A stretch of 64,000 bases of DNA from Candidatus Sulfomarinibacteraceae bacterium (GTDB lineage Bacteria > Acidobacteriota > Thermoanaerobaculia > Thermoanaerobaculales > Sulfomarinibacteraceae): positions 7,139 to 71,138 of the forward strand of contig CAVQSQ010000024.1 of NCBI GenBank assembly GCA_963715955.1, in the 5' to 3' direction. The position numbers and the translations under genes were made by a program. A model generated the notes under the pieces. It did no database searches. It was given only the letters and a program-made list of their open reading frames with translations, and was not told the origin of the DNA. Below are positions 39,323 through 49,229 of this stretch, piece after piece (within the stretch, counting starts at the first letter, position 1; each line of letters opens with the position of its first letter).

Positions 39323-40643
39323 TCCCGAATTTTCAGTCGTGAACTTCAAGGAACACGGCGCCGGAAGGGCGCCTGAGGCGGCAGATTCGCCGCAACCAGG
39401 AGCCGGGAAGACCGCTGTCCGCAAGGGGCTCCCTCTGGCGGCGAAGATCGTGTTTGCCGGGTTCAGCGGATTGCGCGAAGGCGGGCTGACGGTCCATCTC
39501 CCCGACGGCTCGTCCCGGTCGTTCGGCGTCACCGATTCCGCGCAGTCTGAAATGACTGTTCACCGTTGGCGGTTCTTCCGGCGTCTCGTGCGAGGAGCCG
39601 ATGTCGGCGCCGGCGAATCCTATGTCGACGGCGACTGGAGCACTCCCGACCTGGTGGCTCTGAGCAGTTTCTTTCTCGCCAACGAAGACGCGCTCGCGCC
39701 GCCGCGTCTGGTCGGTTTTCTGAGCAGGTTTCGGGACCGGCTTCTGCACCTCGCGCGGGACAACCGCCGCGTGCAGTCGCGCCGCAACATTCGCGCCCAC
39801 TACGACCTGTCGAATGATTTCTATCGTCTCTTCCTCGATCCTTCGATGACATACTCGGCGGCCCTCTTCGACCGTCCAGGCATCGGCCTCGAGGAGGCGC
39901 AGCAGGCGAAATACGAGCGCCTCGCTCGATGGGCCGGAATTCGCGAGGGCGACCGCGTCCTGGAGATCGGGTGCGGATGGGGCGGGTTTGCCGAGTACGC
40001 CGCCGGCGAGCTCGGGTGCAGCATCACCGGTGTCACCCTGTCCGACGAGCAGGCGGCGTTTGCCCGAGACCGCATGCAGGCGCGCGGTCTGACCGACCGC
40101 GTGGAGATCCGTTTGACGGACTACCGGGATGTGCAGGGGTCCTTCGACGCCATCGTCTCCATCGAGATGCTGGAAGCCGTCGGTCACCGACACCTCGATG
40201 CCTTTTTCGCCGTCTGCGACAGAGTGCTGCGGCCGGGCGGCAGGGTGGCGCTGCAGACCATCACGATCCCGGACCAGGTGTACGACCGTTACCGCCGGGG
40301 CACCGACTGGATTCGAAAGTACATCTTCCCCGGCGGTCACCTGCCGTCTCTGGGAGCGGTTCAGGCTTCGATGGCTCGGAGCTCGGCCCTCGTGGTCGAC
40401 CGCCTGGAGAACATCGGCGACCACTACGCCACGACCTTGCGCCACTGGCGCCGGCGTTTCTGGATCAAGATCGATGCGGTCCGGGACCTCGGGTTCGACG
40501 AGGAGTTCGTGCGGATGTGGGATTTCTACCTCGCGACCTGCGAGGCGGCGTTTCGCCGACGCCATATCGGGAACATCCAGCTGCAACTCAGCCGTGCCGG
40601 GGAGGCGGGCCGGGAACCGTCGCCGGGGAGGGTGGGCTCGTGA
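39315..40643 (+). CDS. Cyclopropane-fatty-acyl-phospholipid synthase family SAM methyltransferase
   Basis: HYDLSNDFYRLFLDPSMTYS, VLEIGCGWGG, SIEMLEAVG, FPGGHLPS. Overlaps DUF1365 by 8 nt. Confidence 0.85.
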   Translation: MADPEFSVVNFKEHGAGRAPEAADSPQPGAGKTAVRKGLPLAAKIVFAGFSGLREGGLTVHLPDGSSRSFGVTDSAQSEMTVHRWRFFRRLVRGADVGAGESYVDGDWSTPDLVALSSFFLANEDALAPPRLVGFLSRFRDRLLHLARDNRRVQSRRNIRAHYDLSNDFYRLFLDPSMTYSAALFDRPGIGLEEAQQAKYERLARWAGIREGDRVLEIGCGWGGFAEYAAGELGCSITGVTLSDEQAAFARDRMQARGLTDRVEIRLTDYRDVQGSFDAIVSIEMLEAVGHRHLDAFFAVCDRVLRPGGRVALQTITIPDQVYDRYRRGTDWIRKYIFPGGHLPSLGAVQASMARSSALVVDRLENIGDHYATTLRHWRRRFWIKIDAVRDLGFDEEFVRMWDFYLATCEAAFRRRHIGNIQLQLSRAGEAGREPSPGRVGS

Positions 40644-41689
40644 ACTGGGCGATCGGTCTCGCCGAGCGGCGGGTGCTGCCCGATCCGGTGGTGCGGGCCG
40701 GAATGCGGCTGATTCTCGGGCAACGGCTGCGCTCCGAGAGTCGTGCCGAGAGCGCCGATGAGGGGCCCCGATCGCGGGCCTTCGCGGACGAGATGCGCCG
40801 GCAGCCCATCGCGGTGGCGACCGATTCCGCCAACCGCCAGCACTACGAGCTCCCGGCCGAATTCTTCGAGACCGTCCTCGGTCCCGCTCTCAAATACTCG
40901 TCGTGTCTGTGGCCGGACGGCGTGGAGGACCTTGCCGCGGCGGAGGAAGAGATGCTGGCCGTGACCTGCGAGCGCGCCGGCATCGTCGACGGCATGGAGA
41001 TCCTCGATCTCGGGTGCGGATGGGGCTCGCTGTCGCTGTGGATCGCCCACCGGTATCCGGAGTGCCGGGTGTTGGCCGTTTCCAACTCGCGCATCCAGGC
41101 AGACTTCATCCGCCGGCGCTGTGCCGAGCGCGGCCTCGACCGGGTGGAGGTGGAGACGGCCGACATGAATGGTTTCTCGACCGGTCGACGGTTCGATCGG
41201 GTGGTCTCGGTGGAAATGTTCGAGCACATGCTGAATTGGGAACGCCTTTTCGCGAGCGTCGCGTCGTGGCTGCGGCCCGACGGCGCATTTTTCCTGCACG
41301 TCTTCTGTCACCACAGCCTGGCCTATCGCTACACCGACGCCGGGGCATCCGACTGGATGGCGCGGCATTTCTTCACCGGAGGCATCATGCCTTCCGAGGA
41401 CCTGCCGCGTTTGTACGACAGCCATCTCGAGGTCGTCGAGCAGTGGAAGGTCAACGGCCTCCACTACAGCCGCACCCTGGAAGCCTGGCTCGAGGCGATG
41501 GACGCTCACCGCAAACAGCTGATGCCGCTGTTCGAGGTGACGTACAACGGGGACGCGGGGCGCTGGTTCGCGCGCTGGCGGATGTTCTTCATGGCGTGCT
41601 CCGAGCTCTTCTCATACGGCGGGGGCAACGAGTGGTATGTGGCCCACACCCTGCTGCGACCGCGGCCGGGCTTGAATGGTGATTCGTGA
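40640..41689 (+). CDS. Second CFA-synthase/mycolic-acid-cyclopropane-synthase-like SAM methyltransferase
   Basis: GTGA overlap start. HYELPAEFFETVLGPALKYSSCLW, ILDLGCGWGS, SVEMFEHM. Confidence 0.8.
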   Translation: MNWAIGLAERRVLPDPVVRAGMRLILGQRLRSESRAESADEGPRSRAFADEMRRQPIAVATDSANRQHYELPAEFFETVLGPALKYSSCLWPDGVEDLAAAEEEMLAVTCERAGIVDGMEILDLGCGWGSLSLWIAHRYPECRVLAVSNSRIQADFIRRRCAERGLDRVEVETADMNGFSTGRRFDRVVSVEMFEHMLNWERLFASVASWLRPDGAFFLHVFCHHSLAYRYTDAGASDWMARHFFTGGIMPSEDLPRLYDSHLEVVEQWKVNGLHYSRTLEAWLEAMDAHRKQLMPLFEVTYNGDAGRWFARWRMFFMACSELFSYGGGNEWYVAHTLLRPRPGLNGDS

Positions 41690-42276
41690 CGGTGAGGCGG
41701 TTGATCGTCGCGGTGGTGATGTGCTGGATCGCAGCTTCGGCGGGGACCGCCGAAAGGAACGAGATCATGATGGTTGTCGACTTCGCTTCCGGATCCGAGG
41801 GCTGGCCGAACATCGACGACGCCGTCATGGGTGGTGTGTCGTCGAGCGAGATGGTGGTCGAAGGAGGCCACGCGAGTTTTCGAGGGCGCGTGTCCTTCGA
41901 GAACAACGGCGGCTTTGCCTCGGTGCGCTCCCGCCCGCGGGTTCGAGACCTCTCGGCCTTCGACGGGCTCATCCTCCGCGTGCGATCTGACGGCAAGGAC
42001 TACGGCTTTCGAATCCGTACCAGCGCTTCCTTTGACGGCGTCAGCTACCAGGTGCGGCTGTCGCCGCCGCCGGGTGAGTGGACGGATGTCACGATTCCTT
42101 TTGCCGATTTCGTGCCGGTGTGGCGGGGGCGTCCGGTGGCCGACCACCCGCCCCTCGACCCCGCAGTCGTGACGACGTTCGGTCTCATCGTGAGCCGTCA
42201 GGAGGGGCCATTCCGGATCGATATCGCCAGCATCCGGGCCTTTGCGGCGGCTGACGGCGGCGACGGGGCCTCGTGA
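41686..42276 (+). CDS. CIA30-domain protein with signal peptide
   Basis: GTGA overlap start. W..IDDAVMGGVSSS..F.G.VS.ENNGGFASVRS pattern. Confidence 0.65.
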   Translation: MTVRRLIVAVVMCWIAASAGTAERNEIMMVVDFASGSEGWPNIDDAVMGGVSSSEMVVEGGHASFRGRVSFENNGGFASVRSRPRVRDLSAFDGLILRVRSDGKDYGFRIRTSASFDGVSYQVRLSPPPGEWTDVTIPFADFVPVWRGRPVADHPPLDPAVVTTFGLIVSRQEGPFRIDIASIRAFAAADGGDGAS

Positions 42277-42506
42277 CCGTGTCCGGGCGCAACCCGGTCA
42301 ACCGGAAGAAGCTCGCGAACTCGAAGTGGACCGCCAACTGTCCGGTCGATCGTGAAAAGCACTTCCTCGTCCTCGACTGGGTGCGTGACGATGACGGCAA
42401 CCCGACCGACGAAATCGAGATCGAGGCCGTGCTCACCAATGCCATCCGGCGGATCCACTGGCGGGAGCTCGAGGACGGCAGGAAGTGGCGCATCGGCTGG
42501 CGCTGA
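42273..42506 (+). CDS. Small hypothetical protein (77 aa), last gene of the operon
   Basis: GTGA overlap with the CIA30 gene. No motif recognised. Confidence 0.4.
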   Translation: MTVSGRNPVNRKKLANSKWTANCPVDREKHFLVLDWVRDDDGNPTDEIEIEAVLTNAIRRIHWRELEDGRKWRIGWR

Positions 42507-42538
42507 ACCGGCCAGTTGTTCGCGGCCGAAGGAGATGC

Positions 42539-42574
42539 ACCCCGCTCCACCGGACGTCCGGTTCGGAGCGGGGT
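42539..42574. terminator. Bidirectional terminator-like hairpin between convergent genes
   Basis: ACCCCGCTCC-ACCGGA-CG-TCCGGT-TC-GGAGCGGGGT. There is no clear U tract. Confidence 0.4.
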
Positions 42575-42590
42575 CCGATCGGTGTCGGGG

Positions 42591-43067
42591 CTACCGCATC
42601 GTCCAGGCGCCGCTCCAGGCGACGACCGAGCTGCCGTCGGCCTTCTGCACGATCGGGGTCGACGTGCCCTCACCCTTGACACCCATGAACTTGCCGGTGC
42701 CGCCCATGAATCCCCAGACATTCTTGTCGGGGCTGTTGTGCCACCAGATCCACCAGAGGTCGCCGTCTGCGTCAATGGCATCGCAATAGCCGTTGGCGGT
42801 GGCAGAACCGTCGGCCGCGACGACGGTGGTCCCGAAGCAATCCTGGCTCGAAAGATGGATCGAGCTCGATGCGTCGTTTACGAGAATGATGCCCCTGATG
42901 TGCGACCGCTGCATCATGCTGCCGTCGGCCATCTCCATCGTCTCCATCGTTATCGGCACGTACGTCACGGTGCCGCTGGCGGTCTCCTCGCCGGCCGTCG
43001 CGGGTGCCGCGACCGCCCCCGCTATCAGCGCGCACAGCGCCACCATTGCCAGGGTTTTCATCTTCAT
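42591..43067 (-). CDS. Small secreted hypothetical protein (158 aa), Trp-rich C-terminal half
   Basis: Signal peptide MKMKTLAMVALCALIAGAVAAPATA. GGAGGAAC lies upstream of the ATG. Confidence 0.5.
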   Translation of the reverse strand: MKMKTLAMVALCALIAGAVAAPATAGEETASGTVTYVPITMETMEMADGSMMQRSHIRGIILVNDASSSIHLSSQDCFGTTVVAADGSATANGYCDAIDADGDLWWIWWHNSPDKNVWGFMGGTGKFMGVKGEGTSTPIVQKADGSSVVAWSGAWTMR

Positions 43068-43112
43068 AGGTTCCTCCTTGATTCCAGTTTGCGGTTGATT
43101 AATAAGAGCGAC

Positions 43113-43131
43113 CTCCGGGCCGGTCCCGGAG
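43113..43131 (-). terminator. Hairpin downstream of the cysteine synthase fusion gene
   Basis: CTCCGGG-ACCGG-CCCGGAG on the minus strand, followed by a T-containing tail (GTCGCTCTTATTAAT). Confidence 0.35.
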
Positions 43132-43180
43132 CGCTCGCGGAGTATCGAATCGTGGTCACTGCAGCACCGGATGGGCTCGA

Positions 43181-44669
43181 TTACCGGGGATGGAGCCAGC
43201 TCGGCAGAAGCGAGTAGGGGTCGACCTGAATCGACTGGTTGTACGCGACACCGTTTTGCCCCAGGAGTTTCTGCAGCTCGCCCTCGTTGAAGGCGTCAAA
43301 GGTCTCTGTGGCTCCACCGATATGCTTGCCGCCGACGAAGATCTGAGGGATGGTCTTGACGTCGAACCGCGCGTTGAGAGCCGCCCGGATCCGTCCGCCC
43401 CAATCGTTCTCCTGATACTCCACCGAGTCGAGGTCGATCGAGCGGTAGGGGATGCCGACCTCGCCGAAGAGCTTGCGCACCGACCAGCAGAATTCACACC
43501 ACTCGAAGGCGAATAGAACGACCGGCTGTTCGGGGTCGTTGATGGCCTGGTCGAAAAATGCCGCGGCCTCGGGGGTCACCTGCGGTGGTTCGGCTACGGT
43601 TTCGACGGGCTTCGCCGGCGGCGGGGCGTCGAAGCGGAAGCTCGGGGTGGACCTGGAAATCTCCATTTCTTCCGCGGTCATGGTCTCTGCGATGTCGTAG
43701 AACAACGGCGTCGAGAGATAGCGTTCGCCCGTGTCGGGCAGCATTGCGAGAATCGTGCTGCCCGGCGGTGCGGCCGCCGCCACCTGCAATGCACCCGCGA
43801 GGGTGGCCCCAGCGGAGATGCCGACGAAGATGCCCTCCTTCTGGGCCAGCTCCTGCGAGCAGCGGAGGGCGTCGTTGCCCTTGATCGGCATGAAGACGTC
43901 GAGCAGCTCAGCCGACTGGGCGTCCTCGGCCAGCTGCGGAATGAAGTCCGGCGTCCAGCCCTGCATGAGGTGGGCGCGAAAGGACGGGTGGCTCTCGGCG
44001 ATCGAGCCGTCGGCATTGCGGGACTGAGCGATACCCGAACCCAGCAACGGCGAGTTGTCGGGCTCGCAGACGACGATCTCTGGTGTCCGGCCGCTCCTTC
44101 TTGAGCACACGCGCGACCCCCTTGAGGGTGCCGCCGGTGCCGAAGCCGGTCATCCAGTAGTCCAGCCGTTCGCCTTTGAAGTCCTCGAGGATCTCCCGCG
44201 CCGTGGTCCGTGAGTGGACGTCTGCATTGGCCTCGTTTTCGAACTGGCGGCACAGGAACCAGCCGTGGGTTCGGGCGAGCTCTTCGGCCTTGCGGAGCAT
44301 TCCGGTGCCCTTTTCCGACGCCGGTGTCAGCACCACCCTCGCGCCGAGGAAGCGCATCATCTTGCGGCGCTCGATCGAAAAATTCTCGGCCATGGTCACC
44401 ACCAGCGGGTAGCCCTTCTGGGCGCACACCATCGCCAGCCCGATACCGGTGTTGCCGCTGGTGGCTTCGATCACCGTCTGACCGGGTTCGAGCGAGCCGG
44501 AGCGCTCGGCGTCCTCAATGATGCCCAGAGCCAAACGGTCCTTGACCGACCCCATGGGGTTGAAGGACTCGACCTTGACATGGAGGTTGATCCCTTCGGG
44601 ACCCATTTTGTTGACGCGCACGACCGGCGTGTTGCCGACCGCACCCAGGATGCTGTCGAATCTGGCCAT
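43181..44669 (-). pseudogene. Cysteine synthase (PLP, CysK/CysM-like) fused to a C-terminal glutaredoxin-like domain, frame-disrupted (+1) near 44075-44087
   Basis: N-terminal NPMGSVKDR, TSGNTGIGLA, GTGGTL in frame 1. IVVCEPDNSPLL..GISAGA.. and the Grx part (WCEFCW, TIPQIFVGGKHIGG) in frame 2. Length is 1489 nt (3n+1). Confidence 0.8.
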
Positions 44670-44836
44670 TGATTTTCTCCCTTGGGGCTGGCTCGCATCG
44701 TAACATAGATGAAATCCCGTCTCATTCCTCGTTGCTGCCGAAGAAATCGCCGCCGACGATTGGTTCCTTGCCGAGTTTGTCCAAGCGAAGTACGGTGGGG
44801 CGAACGGAGATCGAGCATTTCAGCGAGGAGGACACA

Positions 44837-45667
44837 ATGGACCTGGAGACCTTGGCAATGCTCGCGCCCTGGGAGTGGCCGGAGGAGACCGGACAGACGC
44901 TGCTCAACGCTCTTCGTGACGACGGCCTCGCGCAGTCGGATCGAATGATCGCTGTGGAGCTCGCCGGGAACTACGTTGTGGTCAACGACGAGCTCGTTGC
45001 TGAGCTGGTGTCGATCGTCGTCCGCGCCGGAGAATCAGAGGATCTGCGTGCTCGTGCGGCGATCGCTCTCGGCCCTGCCCTCGAGGCCGCCGATGAGGAC
45101 GGTTTCGACGATTATTACGGTGGTCCGATCTCGGAGGGCTGCTATCTCGAAACTCGGGTGGCTCTTCATGAGGTTTTCCGAGACATCGAGGTCCCGAAGG
45201 AGGTACGTCGCCGGATCCTCGAGGCGTCGGTGCGTGCGCCGCAGGACTGGCATCGGGAGGCGATTCGAGATGCATACGCCTCGGCGGACAGGGACTGGAA
45301 GTTGACTGCGGTCTTCGCCATGGGATTTGTGCGGGGGTTCGACGACGAGATTCTCGAGGCCCTTGAAAGTGAGGACGACGAGATCGAGTACGAGGCGGTT
45401 TGCGCGGCGGGGGACTGGGGGCTTGACGCGGCCTGGTCGCACGTTTCGGGGATCGTCGCCTCAGGTTGTGCCGACAAGGAGCTGCTGCTCGCGGCCATCG
45501 AAGCCGTCGCCTCGATACGTCCGCAAGAATCCGGCGAGGTCCTTGTCGACCTGATCGACCACAACGATGAAGACGTCGTCGAGAGCGTCCACGAGGCCAT
45601 GGCGATGGCCGACGGATTGGCGTGGCTTGACGAAGACGAAGAGGCTGACGACGACTTTCCTTTCTGA
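44837..45667 (+). CDS. Acidic hypothetical protein, HEAT/ARM-like helical repeats
   Basis: GAGGAGGACACA-ATG start. Repeated helical segments with conserved R/A/I/L spacing. The call is weak. Confidence 0.4.
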   Translation: MDLETLAMLAPWEWPEETGQTLLNALRDDGLAQSDRMIAVELAGNYVVVNDELVAELVSIVVRAGESEDLRARAAIALGPALEAADEDGFDDYYGGPISEGCYLETRVALHEVFRDIEVPKEVRRRILEASVRAPQDWHREAIRDAYASADRDWKLTAVFAMGFVRGFDDEILEALESEDDEIEYEAVCAAGDWGLDAAWSHVSGIVASGCADKELLLAAIEAVASIRPQESGEVLVDLIDHNDEDVVESVHEAMAMADGLAWLDEDEEADDDFPF

Positions 45668-45782
45668 CCGGCGCTGAAAGGTTCCCGGCACTGCTTTGCA
45701 GAACAATGGTGTTCAGTCGACTACCGTGGAAACGGGGTGGGCGGCGAAAGCACTCTCTCGCCCGATGGGCTACGCTATGACA

Positions 45783-45822
45783 GCAATTCGCCTCGGCTGC
45801 GAACGCAGCCGAGGCGAATTGC
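45783..45822 (-). terminator. Perfect 18-bp stem hairpin immediately 3' of tRNA-Ala
   Basis: GCAATTCGCCTCGGCTGC-GAAC-GCAGCCGAGGCGAATTGC abuts the tRNA CCA end. Confidence 0.5.
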
Positions 45823-45898
<76 letters not shown>

Positions 45899-45910
45899 AC
45901 GGGGAGGATT

Positions 45911-45939
45911 GTTGTAACAAATGGTGCGGTGTGTGTCAA
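45911..45939 (-). promoter_or_regulatory. Promoter candidate for tRNA-Ala
   Basis: On the minus strand: TTGACA (45939-34), 17-nt spacer, TACAAC (45916-11), about 12 nt before the tRNA 5' end. Confidence 0.45.
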
Positions 45940-45994
45940 TTGCGGCGATCGTTCGCCGCGACCGTTCGATGATGTCTACGGGCGTTTTCGCCGG

Positions 45995-46003
45995 TGGTAG
46001 AAT
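45995..46003 (+). promoter_or_regulatory. Extended -10 promoter candidate for selC
   Basis: TGgTAGAAT ends 11 nt before the tRNA-Sec 5' end. Confidence 0.4.
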
Positions 46004-46014
46004 GACCTCTGCGA

Positions 46015-46113
46015 GGAAGCGCATGGGGCCTGGTGGCTTCCGCGGACTTCAAATCCGTTGGGCCGGCCTCAGTAGGGTCGGTCGGAGGGTTCGATTCCCT
46101 TGCGCTTCCGCCA
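46015..46113 (+). tRNA. selC: tRNA-Sec (selenocysteine, anticodon TCA)
   Basis: 8-bp acceptor GGAAGCGC/GCGCTTCC + G + CCA. 6-bp D stem with 4-nt loop. Anticodon loop CTTCAAA. Long variable arm. 5-bp T stem GAGGG/CCCTT (8+5 geometry). Close parallel to the E. coli selC layout. Confidence 0.9.
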
Positions 46114-46173
46114 CCTCGTCGTGACGTGGCGGAGGCGAATCGAGGGCATTATCTTGAGCAAAGGCAACCGTTG

Positions 46174-46932
46174 ATGGCGGGCGAAGAATTCGTTTTTCGA
46201 AGCGAGCTTGAAAAGACTCCCCTGCCCGAGATTCTCGCGACCATCAATCGCTATGGTGTTCCGGGTGTCCTCGAGGTCAGTCGCGGTGACGTGACCAAGG
46301 AGGTCTTCTTTCTCGACGGTGACGTGATCTTCGCGACGTCAACCGACCGCCGCGAATCGTTGGGCGAGTATCTCGTTCGCAGTGGTGAGATCACCCGGGA
46401 ACAGCTCGCGCGATCCTCCGAAGAGCTGGCCGGGGCACCCGGAGCGCGTCACGGAGAGGTCCTGGTCCGGATGGGATTCCTGGGCCAGGGCGTGCTCGGA
46501 AAGTCGGTGCGGAGGCAGGTTCAGAGCATCATGTGGAGCCTGTTCAACTGGAACGAGGGAAAAGTGTGTTTCAAGGTCGGCACGTCGAGAGAAGACGAGA
46601 CCTTCAAGATCAAGATCCCTACCGCGCGCGCGGTACTCGCCGGGTGTCGGCGCATCGAGGACCCGAAGATCATCACCGCAAGGCTCGGTGGGCGCGGCGC
46701 CGTTTTCAAGCGCCTTCCGCGACCGCCACACCTCGAAAAATTCCGTTTCGAGGCCGATGAGATGGAGCTCCTCGAACTGGTCGACGGGAAGAAGAACCTT
46801 TACGAGCTCTGTGAGAGCGGGCCCCTCAGCCCCGGCGCCAACGCGCGTATTCTCTACGCCCTGGTCGAGCTCAAGATGGTGACGATGGATCCGTCGTCGA
46901 GCGGGAAGATCCTGATTCAGGTGCGGGGATAG
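46174..46932 (+). CDS. DUF4388-domain protein
   Basis: LEKTPLPEILATINRYGVPGVLEVSRGDVTKEVFFLDGDVIFATS N-terminal signature. The ORF part upstream of 46174 overlaps selC and was discarded. Confidence 0.55.
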   Translation: MAGEEFVFRSELEKTPLPEILATINRYGVPGVLEVSRGDVTKEVFFLDGDVIFATSTDRRESLGEYLVRSGEITREQLARSSEELAGAPGARHGEVLVRMGFLGQGVLGKSVRRQVQSIMWSLFNWNEGKVCFKVGTSREDETFKIKIPTARAVLAGCRRIEDPKIITARLGGRGAVFKRLPRPPHLEKFRFEADEMELLELVDGKKNLYELCESGPLSPGANARILYALVELKMVTMDPSSSGKILIQVRG

Positions 46933-46939
46933 GTGTTGC

Positions 46940-47224
46940 ATGCCTCTGTACGAGTACGAGTGTTTTCTGTGCGGTCATCATTTTGAACGCATCCGCCGGG
47001 TCGCCGATGCGTCGTCGGTGAGCTGCCCGGAGTGCCGGGGCAAGGTTCGGCGCCTGCTGGGGACGCCCGCGTTGCAGTTCAAGGGCAGCGGTTGGTATGT
47101 GACCGACTACGGCAAGGGAAACGGTGGGCGCTCGACGGCGCTCGCCAAGACCGAGGACTCCGTTTCCCCGAGCCGCGATACCACCGCGAAACCGGCGAAG
47201 AAATCGACAGCCGACACCTCGTGA
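46940..47224 (+). CDS. FmdB-family zinc-ribbon protein
   Basis: MPLYEYECFLCGHHFE ... CPECRG signature. Confidence 0.7.
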   Translation: MPLYEYECFLCGHHFERIRRVADASSVSCPECRGKVRRLLGTPALQFKGSGWYVTDYGKGNGGRSTALAKTEDSVSPSRDTTAKPAKKSTADTS

Positions 47225-47272
47225 CCCGCGAATGCCATCGTGAGCGCGGCAGGGCGCCAGGCACCCGGTCGA

Positions 47273-47848
47273 TCAGGATTCGGTCGTCGCTCCGTCGGCA
47301 CCGGCCGATTCGACGGGATAGCCGGGTGTCCGTTCGAACGTGATGGCAACGCCGGTCGCCACCCCGTGGGCCGCCGCTACGCCGGCGCCGACCTCGAGCA
47401 CCGCACGGGCGGGGCTTTTCGGAGAATAGGTCGGACACGGGTCGGCCGCGCACGGCGGGACATCCGCCACCACGTCCACGACAATTCCTGCGCTGTCGAG
47501 GAAGATCAGATCCAGGGGGATCAGGGTGTTCTTCATCCAGAACGCCGGGTAGCGATCGACGGCGAAGATGAAGAGCATTCCCCGCTTCTCAGGCAGCGAG
47601 GGCCGGAACATGAGGCCGTCGGTCACCTCTTGCGGCGTGAGGGCGAGCTCGAGTTCAACGGTGAAATCGTCGGGCAGCACGGCGTGCGGCAGTTCGACCT
47701 TCGCCGCAACCGGAGTGGGGTCAACTCTCGCTGCGGTCGGCGGCGCCGGCTGCGAACAGGCGGCGGCCGCCAGGCACGCCAGGAAGAGTGCGCACGAAAA
47801 TCTCGCCCGGTTCGAAAGTGTGTTCAGATGTGTGCCCTCGAGATGCAT
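47273..47848 (-). CDS. DUF192-family lipoprotein
   Basis: LAAAACS lipobox. GLMFR..GMLFIF..FWMKNTLIPLDLIFLD..AVLEV signature. Confidence 0.65.
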   Translation of the reverse strand: MHLEGTHLNTLSNRARFSCALFLACLAAAACSQPAPPTAARVDPTPVAAKVELPHAVLPDDFTVELELALTPQEVTDGLMFRPSLPEKRGMLFIFAVDRYPAFWMKNTLIPLDLIFLDSAGIVVDVVADVPPCAADPCPTYSPKSPARAVLEVGAGVAAAHGVATGVAITFERTPGYPVESAGADGATTES

Positions 47849-47876
47849 CGCCGCTCCAGCCGTGGATTGCGCCCGA

Positions 47877-49225
<1,349 letters not shown>

Positions 49226-49229
<4 letters not shown>

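Noticed and set aside
42504-42600. Possible selenocysteine read-through of the TGA ending the 77-aa ORF. The same frame stays open as ORF 42516..43217, and a strong hairpin lies 33 nt downstream.
   Set aside because: The downstream frame is simply antisense to the 158-aa secreted-protein gene. The hairpin sits too far from the TGA for a bacterial SECIS and looks like a convergent-gene terminator.
46033-46173. N-terminal 47 codons of ORF 46033..46932
   Set aside because: They overlap the tRNA-Sec gene. The DUF4388 signature begins only after the internal ATG at 46174.
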